A DNA stretch of 32,320 bases from a virus (lineage: Duplodnaviria; Caudoviricetes). Numbering within the stretch: the stretch's first letter is position 1; the number at the start of each line of letters is the position of its first letter. The stretch spans positions 1-32,320 of the IMG/VR virus record IMGVR_UViG_3300034084_000079, one strand, 5' to 3'. Of this stretch, positions 1-7,588 are shown piece by piece. The notes beneath the pieces were generated by a model. The model was not told where the DNA came from. It saw only the letters and a program-made list of their open reading frames with translations, and did not search any database. The translations under genes and the position numbers were made by a program.

Positions 1-198
1 ATGGCAAAGAACAAAAAGAATTTATTTGCTCCTGGGCAGCAGCCTGTCAGTGAGTCACACAAAGAAGGATTGATCAGTATCAACATACTATCCACTAATC
101 CAAGGATTTTGATAGAGATAAAGGGGGAATTACCCGCTGAAGCTCATCACGACCTACTTTTATCAGTTGATGCGGTTTTGAAGCATTACGGAAAGTAA
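1..198 (+). CDS. Hypothetical protein (65 aa)
   Basis: ORF track only; no recognisable motif. Confidence 0.6.
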   Translation: MAKNKKNLFAPGQQPVSESHKEGLISINILSTNPRILIEIKGELPAEAHHDLLLSVDAVLKHYGK

Positions 199-203
199 AA
201 CAC

Positions 204-277
204 CGCGGGGTGGAGCAGTTGGTCAGCTCGTTGGACTCATAATCCAAAGGTCGTCAGTTCGAGTCTGACTCCCGCAA
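204..277 (+). tRNA. tRNA-Met(CAU), initiator (fMet)-like; CCA not encoded (CAA follows)
   Basis: Manual cloverleaf: acceptor CGCGGGG/TCCCGCA with C1:A72 mismatch, D stem GAGC/GCTC, anticodon arm TTGGA-CTCATAA-TCCAA, T arm GTCAG-TTCGAGT-CTGAC, discriminator A. Confidence 0.93.
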
Positions 278-346
278 CAACACTTAGATAGATAGCCGGA
301 GAAGGATAACCGAAGAACCGGCACTTTCTAATAAAGTTCTTTGAAA

Positions 347-568
347 TCATTCTATATTCTCCGCATCACGAAGCGCAGAAAGTAAGATCTCTTTAGCTGA
401 CTGAGTGTCTTTCTCGGTAATTCGCTGTATACCGGTTCCAGACTTGTTTTCGTTCAGTTTGTTTATCAATCTGACATTGGCTCCCGATTTTCCTTGATAC
501 ATCCTTCTGCCTAATTCAGCCAGGTTAATTAGGTCTTTATGCTTTTCTAAGTATTCCTTCAGTTTCAT
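347..568 (-). CDS. Small putative DNA-binding regulator (HTH-like, 73 aa)
   Basis: Basic helical protein (INLAELGRRMY...RLINKLN), divergent from the DUF932-like gene across a repeat-rich promoter region. Confidence 0.6.
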   Translation of the reverse strand: MKLKEYLEKHKDLINLAELGRRMYQGKSGANVRLINKLNENKSGTGIQRITEKDTQSAKEILLSALRDAENIE

Positions 569-573
569 AAAAG

Positions 574-581
574 CAAAAGTA
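574..581 (-). promoter_or_regulatory. Bacteroidota -7 promoter element TACTTTTG; probably a leaderless transcript of the 73-aa gene
   Basis: Exact TAnnTTTG match 5 nt upstream of the ATG at 568. Confidence 0.65.
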
Positions 582-591
582 AAAAGAATCT

Positions 592-662
592 CATTATATA
601 TTATAATTGTTATATATATGACATTTCTATGACAATTATATATAATGTTCGTTATATATTTG
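592..662 (+). promoter_or_regulatory. Rightward promoter (-7 element TATATTTG at 655-662) with duplicated AT-rich operator-like blocks
   Basis: TAnnTTTG match. TTATATAT occurs at 594, 610, 636 and 652. Perfect palindrome ATTATATATAAT at 635-646. Confidence 0.6.
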
Positions 663-689
663 GTTATTGTTTCACTTAATCAAAATATT

Positions 690-1556
690 ATGAACTTTTT
701 ATCAAATGTATCAGCAGAGATCAGCAAATTCGAAGAAATCAGAGAGCAACTCTTTCAAGTTGTAAAAGTGCAATTGCACCCAAATATTGATGGGTTTGAG
801 GCACCAGAATCATTTGCAACCTATAGAACACACGGTGGTCAGCCACTTGGGGTTGTAGGTAAAGATTTTACACCTACACAACCGGTTCAATTGCTTGAAG
901 GCTTGCTTGAATGCGATCAAATCGACTTTACTCAGATAAAGTACAAAGAAATGAAGGGCGGTTCAAAAATTCGTTTTGAAATACCACTTAAAACTATTGA
1001 GATCAAAAACGAACGCAAAAAAGGTGATGTGACCGATGTCTATCTTCAACTTCAGACCGGCTTTGATGGTCAGACTAAAACAAGTCTTTACCTATATACA
1101 AAAAGATTGATCTGTTTAAATGGTATGAAGAAGAGCTTCACTGAGTTTCAAGCTTCTTTTAAAAATACTCGCGGTAACCAGGGTAAGATTTTAGGCCTTT
1201 GCAATGATGTTGCAAAGGCTGTCAACATGGTAGATGATGTAAAAGAACTTTATCTTAGTTTAGATAAAATTCAGGTTAATCAGCGAATGATTAACGACTA
1301 TGTTAAAAAGGTCGCTGATCTTGATATTAACTTATCTGTTGACTGGTCAACCCGTAAAAGAAACATCTACGAAAATATTATGTCGGCCATTGATCTTGAA
1401 ATGAATCGTACTGGTAACACAGCTTTTGGCTTGTTAAACGGCATGACTTACTATACAAATCATCTGGCCTCTGGTTGTGATAATGAAGACTTTGTATTTG
1501 TTGACAGTGGTGCAAAGCTGAATGATAAGGCTCTTAACTATTTAGTTAACCTTTAA
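690..1556 (+). CDS. DUF932-like (phage/plasmid TIGR03299-type) protein
   Basis: Motifs LGVVGKDFTPTQ, TGFDG, RLICLNGM and TAFGLLNGMTYYTNH. Start moved from 645 to ATG 690 because it lies downstream of the promoter. Confidence 0.8.
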   Translation: MNFLSNVSAEISKFEEIREQLFQVVKVQLHPNIDGFEAPESFATYRTHGGQPLGVVGKDFTPTQPVQLLEGLLECDQIDFTQIKYKEMKGGSKIRFEIPLKTIEIKNERKKGDVTDVYLQLQTGFDGQTKTSLYLYTKRLICLNGMKKSFTEFQASFKNTRGNQGKILGLCNDVAKAVNMVDDVKELYLSLDKIQVNQRMINDYVKKVADLDINLSVDWSTRKRNIYENIMSAIDLEMNRTGNTAFGLLNGMTYYTNHLASGCDNEDFVFVDSGAKLNDKALNYLVNL

Positions 1557-1564
1557 ATAGAATT

Positions 1565-1592
1565 GCCCTGAGGTCTATGGCTTCAGGGCTTT
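1565..1592 (+). terminator. Putative intrinsic terminator
   Basis: GCCCTGAGGTC-TAT-GGCTTCAGGGC stem followed by TTT, just after the stop codon. Confidence 0.55.
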
Positions 1593-1643
1593 AAAATATT
1601 GTTTAATTGATCAAATAATTTATTAAACCTAAACCATAAATTC

Positions 1644-1805
1644 ATGTACGAATACGCCGTAATTTTCACAACCAGATCGGGTAAATACGCAATTCTGGTT
1701 AAAGAAGCTGATTGTCATTCTACTGCAATCAGCATAGCTATTGACGAAATGAAAGTCAAGGGCATAGTATTCTGGGCTATTGAGGCTCACACTATTTTGC
1801 CATGA
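1644..1805 (+). CDS. Small hypothetical protein (53 aa, MYEYAVIFTTRSGKYAILVKEADCHSTAISIAIDEMKVKGIVFWAIEAHTILP), not in ORF track
   Basis: Manually translated; A-rich leader; ATGA overlap with the next gene. Confidence 0.65.
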   Translation: MYEYAVIFTTRSGKYAILVKEADCHSTAISIAIDEMKVKGIVFWAIEAHTILP

Positions 1806-2122
1806 AACCAGATCTTACCCTGATCATAGAGCGACAATTCTTTGATCAGATCGTTGCCGGTACGAAAACCGAAGAATATAGAAGTTTATCAGACTACTAC
1901 ATTAACCGGTTTTGTGTGTTCGAGGGTGAAAAGTTCACGGCCATGAAGCCGATAAAAGTCATCTGCTTTGCTGTTGGGTATGCAAAAGACCGGCCTCAGG
2001 CATTGGTTGAAGTCAAAGGTATTTTCATTGATACTTTCGAAAACGAAATACCAGAAGGTTTCAATAAAGGTGACCAGTGCTTTACGATCGAGCTGGGTAA
2101 GGTTCTGAAAACGAAAATTTAA
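1802..2122 (+). CDS. ASCH/PUA-like domain protein
   Basis: N-terminal L.I...FFDQIVAGTKTEEYR matches the ASCH GxKxxExR signature. Confidence 0.8.
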   Translation: MKPDLTLIIERQFFDQIVAGTKTEEYRSLSDYYINRFCVFEGEKFTAMKPIKVICFAVGYAKDRPQALVEVKGIFIDTFENEIPEGFNKGDQCFTIELGKVLKTKI

Positions 2123-2124
2123 GT

Positions 2125-2358
2125 ATGGCAGCAAAATACGAAGATCAGATCAAGAAGATGTTTATAGATGTCTTTAAAGAGGATAATGTTCTGTACGATT
2201 GCGATCCAGAAAAAGTGATAAAAATGCACTTTGATTTAATAGAAGAAACGTATGAGACGTTATCTGATAAAATTGATATTGGTGTTAAAAATGGCTATTC
2301 GGTTGAATGGCAATTAGACCTTCTTAAGGTTGCATTGATAGAATATAATAAATTATAA
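2125..2358 (+). CDS. Hypothetical protein (77 aa)
   Basis: ORF starts 2 nt after the ASCH gene. Confidence 0.7.
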   Translation: MAAKYEDQIKKMFIDVFKEDNVLYDCDPEKVIKMHFDLIEETYETLSDKIDIGVKNGYSVEWQLDLLKVALIEYNKL

Positions 2359-2463
2359 CAAGAGAAAGCGCCGCCGGAAATAAGAGGATCGGGAACGAGC
2401 GCTATAGAACAGAGAGATGCCGGACACAAGGGCCGGTAATAGACACAAGTGAAACAGTTAATT

Positions 2464-2493
2464 GCCCCGCCCTGAGATAAAGGCGGGGTTTTT
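2464..2493 (+). terminator. Putative intrinsic terminator
   Basis: GCCCCGCC-N10-GGCGGGGT followed by TTTT. Confidence 0.7.
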
Positions 2494-2530
2494 GGGTGAA
2501 AAGTTTATCGTTCACATTAATTTATTGAAA

Positions 2531-2629
2531 ATGGCAGAAGGTCAAAGAGCAGTAGCAGCACCCGCAAGGCGTGGTAACTTGCTGCAGAGAGCAGCTGGCG
2601 CGGTTAGAAACTTCTTCCGCAGACGCTAA
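2531..2629 (+). CDS. Arg/Ala-rich 32-aa peptide MAEGQRAVAAPARRGNLLQRAAGAVRNFFRRR, not in ORF track
   Basis: Manual translation. AT-rich leader (TTAATTTATTGAAA-ATG-GCA) typical of Bacteroidota starts; fills the gap between two hairpins. Confidence 0.75.
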   Translation: MAEGQRAVAAPARRGNLLQRAAGAVRNFFRRR

Positions 2630-2638
2630 ACAATTGGA

Positions 2639-2671
2639 AAGGGATCAGGGTAATACTTGATCCCTTATTTT
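2639..2671 (+). terminator. Hairpin / weak terminator between the peptide and the PAPS-reductase-like gene
   Basis: AAGGGATCAGG-GTAATA-CTTGATCCCTT followed by ATTTT. Confidence 0.6.
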
Positions 2672-2678
2672 GGTTTAT

Positions 2679-3353
2679 ATGCTACAGAAAACAATCAACG
2701 GTATTAAGAAAGTCGCAAGTCATACCGATCACCTGATATTATTTCATTCAGGAGCCGGTAAAGACAGTATTGCGCTATTGGATTTATGTTACCCTCATTT
2801 TAAGAAGGTGACCTGTGTGTATATGTACATTGTCAAAGATCTTGTACATATCAAAAAGTATATTGATTGGGCTAAGAATAAATACCCCGGCATCAGCTTT
2901 CTTGAAGTTCCTCATTATGCCCTTTCAAGTTATATTAAGACCGGTTACATGGGGATAAAGAAAGATACTTCTCAGAAACTTTTGAGTTTAGCTGATATCA
3001 ATGAACGAGCCCGCATCATTACCAGGACTGAATGGTCAATTTTTGGATTCAAGCAGTCGGATAGTATGAACCGGCGTTTAATGCTCAGGACCTATGAGGA
3101 TAATATCATCAACAATCATACAAAGAAAGCTTATCCTCTTTCTGAATGGAGAAACAAAGATGTGCTGAAGTACATCAAAATGAAACGATTGATCACACCA
3201 ATTACTTACGGTACCGCCCAGAGTCAGGGAACTGCTATTGATGATGAATCATTTGTCCTATGGTGCTATCATAATTACCCAGGCGATTACCAAAAGATCA
3301 TAACAGCTTTTCCTGAAGCTGAAGTAATAGTTTTTGAGCATTTGAATCGATGA
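2679..3353 (+). CDS. PAPS-reductase-family (PP-loop / adenine nucleotide alpha-hydrolase) protein
   Basis: PP-loop HSGAGKDS, GFKQSDSMNRR and YPLSEWRNKDV motifs. ATG 2679 preferred over TTG 2670. Confidence 0.85.
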   Translation: MLQKTINGIKKVASHTDHLILFHSGAGKDSIALLDLCYPHFKKVTCVYMYIVKDLVHIKKYIDWAKNKYPGISFLEVPHYALSSYIKTGYMGIKKDTSQKLLSLADINERARIITRTEWSIFGFKQSDSMNRRLMLRTYEDNIINNHTKKAYPLSEWRNKDVLKYIKMKRLITPITYGTAQSQGTAIDDESFVLWCYHNYPGDYQKIITAFPEAEVIVFEHLNR

Positions 3354-3354
3354 A

Positions 3355-3522
3355 ATGAAAGATACCTTATACACGAAAACTAAGGAGCTGAATTTAGCTT
3401 TGCTCCGTTTATGGAAAAATAGAAACTTCCGGCGCATTTTCTTTATCTGGCTGATAGGTGTATGGCTTATCCACCTGATTTTTCATCCACAAGTTATTGA
3501 GTTTTTCAATTCCAACTTTTGA
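3355..3522 (+). CDS. Small putative membrane protein (55 aa, MKDTLYTKTKELNLALLRLWKNRNFRRIFFIWLIGVWLIHLIFHPQVIEFFNSNF), not in ORF track
   Basis: Manual translation; fills the intergenic gap; basic stretch followed by one hydrophobic segment. Confidence 0.55.
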   Translation: MKDTLYTKTKELNLALLRLWKNRNFRRIFFIWLIGVWLIHLIFHPQVIEFFNSNF

Positions 3523-3535
3523 TTGATTTTAATTC

Positions 3536-4228
3536 ATGAGCGAACTAAGTAAATACTTTAAAAGTCAGACGGTCGAGGTTCAAAGAAGCGTGATCCGGAT
3601 GGCGAACTACAATCCACGTAAGATCACTGAGAAAGCTCAGGCTGCAATTAAACGTAACTTGAAGTCAGTCGGTTTACTGGGTGGTCTGGTATGGAATGAG
3701 CATACAGGTAATCTTGTTTCAGGTCACCAGCGTTTAACCATTCTTGATATCCTGCAAAAATATGACGGTACACCAGCCACTGACTATCTGGTGAAAGTTG
3801 AGAAAGTTAATCTCGATGAAAAGACTGAGAAAGAGCAAAACATCTTCATGAACTCTCAATCTGTTCAGGGGGAGTTTGATAATGATATATTGGCTGGGTT
3901 ACTCAATGAAATTGATGCGAATCTTGCCGGGCTTGATGAAAACGATATTAATCTAATCATCGCAGAATCTCCTGTATTTGATTTTGGTGATAATGAAGAG
4001 GTTAAAAGTGACATCAAAGCCATGGAAAAACCCTATGAGGAGCGCAAGCAGATGATAAAAGACATGAAAGCTGCTCAGAAGGAAGCATTGGAGACCAAAT
4101 TCGAAGGTGAGCCATATTTCACCATGTCTTTTGACAGCTTCGAAAATAAAGCGGAGTTTCTTGAACGTTTCGGGTTCAACCCTTCAGATAAGTTTATTAA
4201 AGGCGAAATATTCGCAGAGAAGATTTAA
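3536..4228 (+). CDS. ParB/Srx-like N-terminal domain protein
   Basis: YNPRKI, LVWNEHTGNLVSGHQRL and EKEQNIFMN motifs; typical position upstream of terS. Confidence 0.85.
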   Translation: MSELSKYFKSQTVEVQRSVIRMANYNPRKITEKAQAAIKRNLKSVGLLGGLVWNEHTGNLVSGHQRLTILDILQKYDGTPATDYLVKVEKVNLDEKTEKEQNIFMNSQSVQGEFDNDILAGLLNEIDANLAGLDENDINLIIAESPVFDFGDNEEVKSDIKAMEKPYEERKQMIKDMKAAQKEALETKFEGEPYFTMSFDSFENKAEFLERFGFNPSDKFIKGEIFAEKI

Positions 4229-4231
4229 TTC

Positions 4232-4453
4232 ATGGGAGTATTTAAATCAAAATACAATTTTGGTGACGTGGTTTATCTTAAAACAGATCCCGACCAATTA
4301 CCGAGGATGATTTCTGATATCAAGTTTTCACCTGATTGTCATACAATATATTTTCTGGCTTGTGGTACTATTTGTACTGAACACTATGAGCTTGAAATCA
4401 GTGAGTCAAAGAATAAACTTATGAGCTTAGGAATTGAAAAAAATATGCAATGA
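4232..4453 (+). CDS. Hypothetical protein (73 aa, beta-rich)
   Basis: KYNFGDVVYLKTD start, as seen in small phage proteins; ATGA overlap with terS. Confidence 0.7.
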   Translation: MGVFKSKYNFGDVVYLKTDPDQLPRMISDIKFSPDCHTIYFLACGTICTEHYELEISESKNKLMSLGIEKNMQ

Positions 4454-4953
4454 GTATGTCAAGCAAAAAGAAACCAACGTTGCCAAAGTTTGCTGATATG
4501 TGTCAAGCAAAAAGCGGGAACGTTACTAACATCGCAAAAGGTTTTGGCGTTGATCGTGGAACAGTTTATAAATGGATTAACAAGTATCCAAAATATAAAC
4601 AGGCCTTTGAAGATGTGCGTGAAAGCCTTCTTGATTTTACTGAATCTCAGCAATTGCTTTTAATTCGGGGTATACCGAAAAAAGATGAGCAGGGTAATTT
4701 TATTGGATGGACTGAGCGGCCAAGTGAAACAATGCTAATCTGGTTTGAAAAAACCCGTGGAAAACATCGCGGGTATACCGATAGTGTTGATCATACAACA
4801 AACGGAAAAGATTTACCAGCTCCTCAACTCATATTCTCCGATACACCATTATCAGAAAAAGATTTGCAGGAAATAAGAGAGATCGAACAAGGAATTAAAA
4901 CGATCCGAAATGACGAGAAAGCTGGCGAGGACACCGGTATTTCAGAAGCTTAA
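4450..4953 (+). CDS. terS: Terminase small subunit
   Basis: HTH (VTNIAKGFGVDRGTVYKW), KTRGKHRGY and VDHTTNGKDL; overlaps terL. Confidence 0.8.
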   Translation: MSMSSKKKPTLPKFADMCQAKSGNVTNIAKGFGVDRGTVYKWINKYPKYKQAFEDVRESLLDFTESQQLLLIRGIPKKDEQGNFIGWTERPSETMLIWFEKTRGKHRGYTDSVDHTTNGKDLPAPQLIFSDTPLSEKDLQEIREIEQGIKTIRNDEKAGEDTGISEA

Positions 4954-6157
4954 AGCTGCTTATGAAAGTGGCTTATATAATGTTTTTGTTTTGGAAGGTG
5001 GCTCACGTTCTTCTAAAACACACAGCATCATTCAATTTTGGATAGAATGGGCTTATAATAATCAGGGTAGAAATAAGAGGGTCATTGTTTCCAGGTTAAA
5101 GGCCACATGGTTAACTGGAACTTTGGTAAAGGATTTTATAGACATCCTTCGGGATTATGGATTATATGACAAGAAATGTCATAATAAATCCATTGGTGCC
5201 GGAGTCTATACGTTATTTGACACTGAATTCTGGTTTATGGGTCTCGATGATGAGCAGAGGATCCATGGTATGAAGTCGGATGCATTCTGGATCAATGAGG
5301 CTGTTGAAGCTTCGTTTGATGATTATGCCCAGCTTATGCAGCGTTGTAATGGTTTTGCAATTCTTGATTATAATCCATCAGCTGAAGAGCACTGGATATA
5401 CGATAAGATCTGTAAGCGGCCAAAAACACGGTACATGCATAGCACTATGCTTGATAATCCGTTGATCTCTCAAAATGCAAAAGACCAAATATTGAGTTAT
5501 GAGCCTACAGATGAGAATTATGCCAACGGTACTGCTGATAAACGAAAGTGGATGATCTATGGTTTAGGTTTACGAGCAGCTCTTGAAGGATTGATTTTTG
5601 AAAAGGATGTTCATTGGGATATTGTCAAAGAGGTTCCTGAATGGGCTAAGAAAACGCACCGCTGGGGGCTTGACTTTGGTTATACCAATGATGTAACAAC
5701 CATTTCGGATGCTCATTGGACCGGTGCAAGAAAAGAGGTTTGGATTGATGAGCTCTGTTACCGGACCAAAATGCAGAACCATCATATCGAAGATATTCTC
5801 CGTGAGAATGGATTGAAAGGCATTAAGGGGTATGCAGATAGTTCAGATCCAAAGAGTATTGATGAGATCTATGATATGGGTTATAATGTATGGCCGGTTA
5901 AAAAGCCTGCAGGATCTGTCAAGCTTGGTATCGAGATTATGAAGCGATATAAGATCCATATCACAGAACGCAGTTTAAACTACATTAAAGAGTGGAAGAA
6001 TTACACTTACATACAAGATAAAAACGGAATTTATTTAAATGAACCTGTAGATAAAGACAATCACGGTATTGATGCTACCAGGTATATTTTTTATTCAGAA
6101 TTAGACCAACGCCCGGAACAGCGCGAGCTATCAAAAGAGGATCTGGGATTTTATTAA
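4910..6157 (+). CDS. terL: Terminase large subunit, PBSX/SPP1-like
   Basis: Walker A GGSRSSKT, Walker B WINEA, DYNPS; nuclease motifs GLDFGY and DNHGIDATRY. Confidence 0.95.
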   Translation: MTRKLARTPVFQKLKAAYESGLYNVFVLEGGSRSSKTHSIIQFWIEWAYNNQGRNKRVIVSRLKATWLTGTLVKDFIDILRDYGLYDKKCHNKSIGAGVYTLFDTEFWFMGLDDEQRIHGMKSDAFWINEAVEASFDDYAQLMQRCNGFAILDYNPSAEEHWIYDKICKRPKTRYMHSTMLDNPLISQNAKDQILSYEPTDENYANGTADKRKWMIYGLGLRAALEGLIFEKDVHWDIVKEVPEWAKKTHRWGLDFGYTNDVTTISDAHWTGARKEVWIDELCYRTKMQNHHIEDILRENGLKGIKGYADSSDPKSIDEIYDMGYNVWPVKKPAGSVKLGIEIMKRYKIHITERSLNYIKEWKNYTYIQDKNGIYLNEPVDKDNHGIDATRYIFYSELDQRPEQRELSKEDLGFY

Positions 6158-6164
6158 TAATGTT

Positions 6165-7559
6165 ATGGGTATAGTTTCAAAAATTAAGAACTTTTTAGGA
6201 ATGCAAGAAGAACAAATGGATCTTGAAACCCTTCTATCTGAAGGGTCTATTGACAAGGCAAAATCACTTTTCACCAATCGGGATGAAATAGTTACCAATG
6301 CACTTAAGGAATTTAGTGTAGAGGATCATGAAGTAATGAACAGGCCTAATAAGATTTTGAAAGGTGGTATTATTGAAGAAAGCTGGAAACTGCCTATTTC
6401 ATACCAGGAGAAGATCGTTCAGGCTTCAGTGGCTTTTCTTTTTGGTAAACCGATTAAACTGAAAGAAGAAAGCGAAGGTACAGAGCGGGCACTTAAAGCA
6501 TTACTCGATCTACGAAAAGATATGAGAATGGCCTCCAAGCATCAAGATAATGCCCGTCACATGATGTCTCATACTGAAAGCGCTATTCTTTTTGTTCCAT
6601 ACCGGGATGCCAATGCAGATAAAACTGACCTAAGTAAAAAGAACAGTCTTCGTTGTATATTGCTTGCTAAAAAATTAGGGGATACCCTTCATGTGTTATT
6701 CGATAGTTTTGGTGTTTTAAAGGCAGTTGGAAGAGAATACAAGACAAAGGATGGTAAAGATGAGATCCTTCATTTCGATGTATATTTACCTGATACCATA
6801 TACTATTCTGAGAAAGCAAAAGGAGTATGGCAAACACGGTCAGAAACAAATCTTTTGTCGAAAATTCCAATTGTTTACTACAAGCAAGATTCAACAGAGT
6901 GGGGGAATGTTCAGCGATTAATTCACAGGCGCGAAATATTGACATCAAGACGTGCAGATAATAATGATCGCATGGGTGATCCTATTCTTCTGCTTTGGGG
7001 TGATACAAATGCTGATAGTAAATTACCTGATAGTAAAACATCGGGTAAGGTTATTAACATGGGAAGAGATGGTAAAGCTGAATACTTGGTACCTGAAATG
7101 TCGGTCGACATGGTCAAAAATGAGAAAGAAGATCTTAAAGAGCTCATCCATTATCTTACCGATACTCCTGATCTTTCCATGGATAAAATGAGTAGTCTGG
7201 GTTTAACATCCGGAAAAGCTATAGAAATGGCGTTTTTTGGTGCAATACTTAAGGCTATGAGTAAACATGGATATTTCGAAGAAATGATTGACCGTGAGAT
7301 CAGTATTCTCAAAGCTTTTATGGAAAAAGTCGGAAACATTGAACTTGCATCTGAGGTTGAAAAATTACAGGTAAGTATCGAGTTTGGCAACGTTCTTCCA
7401 GATAACACAGAAGACGTTATTAATATGTTGAGTTCTGCAGTAGGAGGTAAGCCGATTATGAGCCAGAAAACAGCTGTATCTAAAAACCCATTGGTTAACG
7501 ATGCGGATCTTGAAATTAAACAAATTAGTGACGAGGCTATCTCTACAATTGAGGAATAA
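6165..7559 (+). CDS. Portal protein, SPP1 gp6-like
   Basis: Position after terL, 464 aa; motifs FLFGKPI, KIPIVYY, TPDLS and SGKAI. Confidence 0.9.
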   Translation: MGIVSKIKNFLGMQEEQMDLETLLSEGSIDKAKSLFTNRDEIVTNALKEFSVEDHEVMNRPNKILKGGIIEESWKLPISYQEKIVQASVAFLFGKPIKLKEESEGTERALKALLDLRKDMRMASKHQDNARHMMSHTESAILFVPYRDANADKTDLSKKNSLRCILLAKKLGDTLHVLFDSFGVLKAVGREYKTKDGKDEILHFDVYLPDTIYYSEKAKGVWQTRSETNLLSKIPIVYYKQDSTEWGNVQRLIHRREILTSRRADNNDRMGDPILLLWGDTNADSKLPDSKTSGKVINMGRDGKAEYLVPEMSVDMVKNEKEDLKELIHYLTDTPDLSMDKMSSLGLTSGKAIEMAFFGAILKAMSKHGYFEEMIDREISILKAFMEKVGNIELASEVEKLQVSIEFGNVLPDNTEDVINMLSSAVGGKPIMSQKTAVSKNPLVNDADLEIKQISDEAISTIEE

Positions 7560-7588
7560 TGTGCTGAAATGGCACATAAAGAACAACT

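Noticed and set aside
204-280. tRNA as prophage attachment site
   Set aside because: It is flanked by phage-like genes and I saw no duplicate of its 3' end in the window; att sites are probably outside the window.
2359-2481. 40 open codons in frame after the TAA of the 77-aa gene (possible readthrough)
   Set aside because: T-poor sequence rarely contains stops, and the frame runs into a terminator stem; more likely non-coding.
2679-3353. Auxiliary metabolic gene cysH, or a complete Dnd phosphorothioation system
   Set aside because: It lacks the CysH C-terminal catalytic Cys motif, and no dndA/D/E or ssp genes are present.
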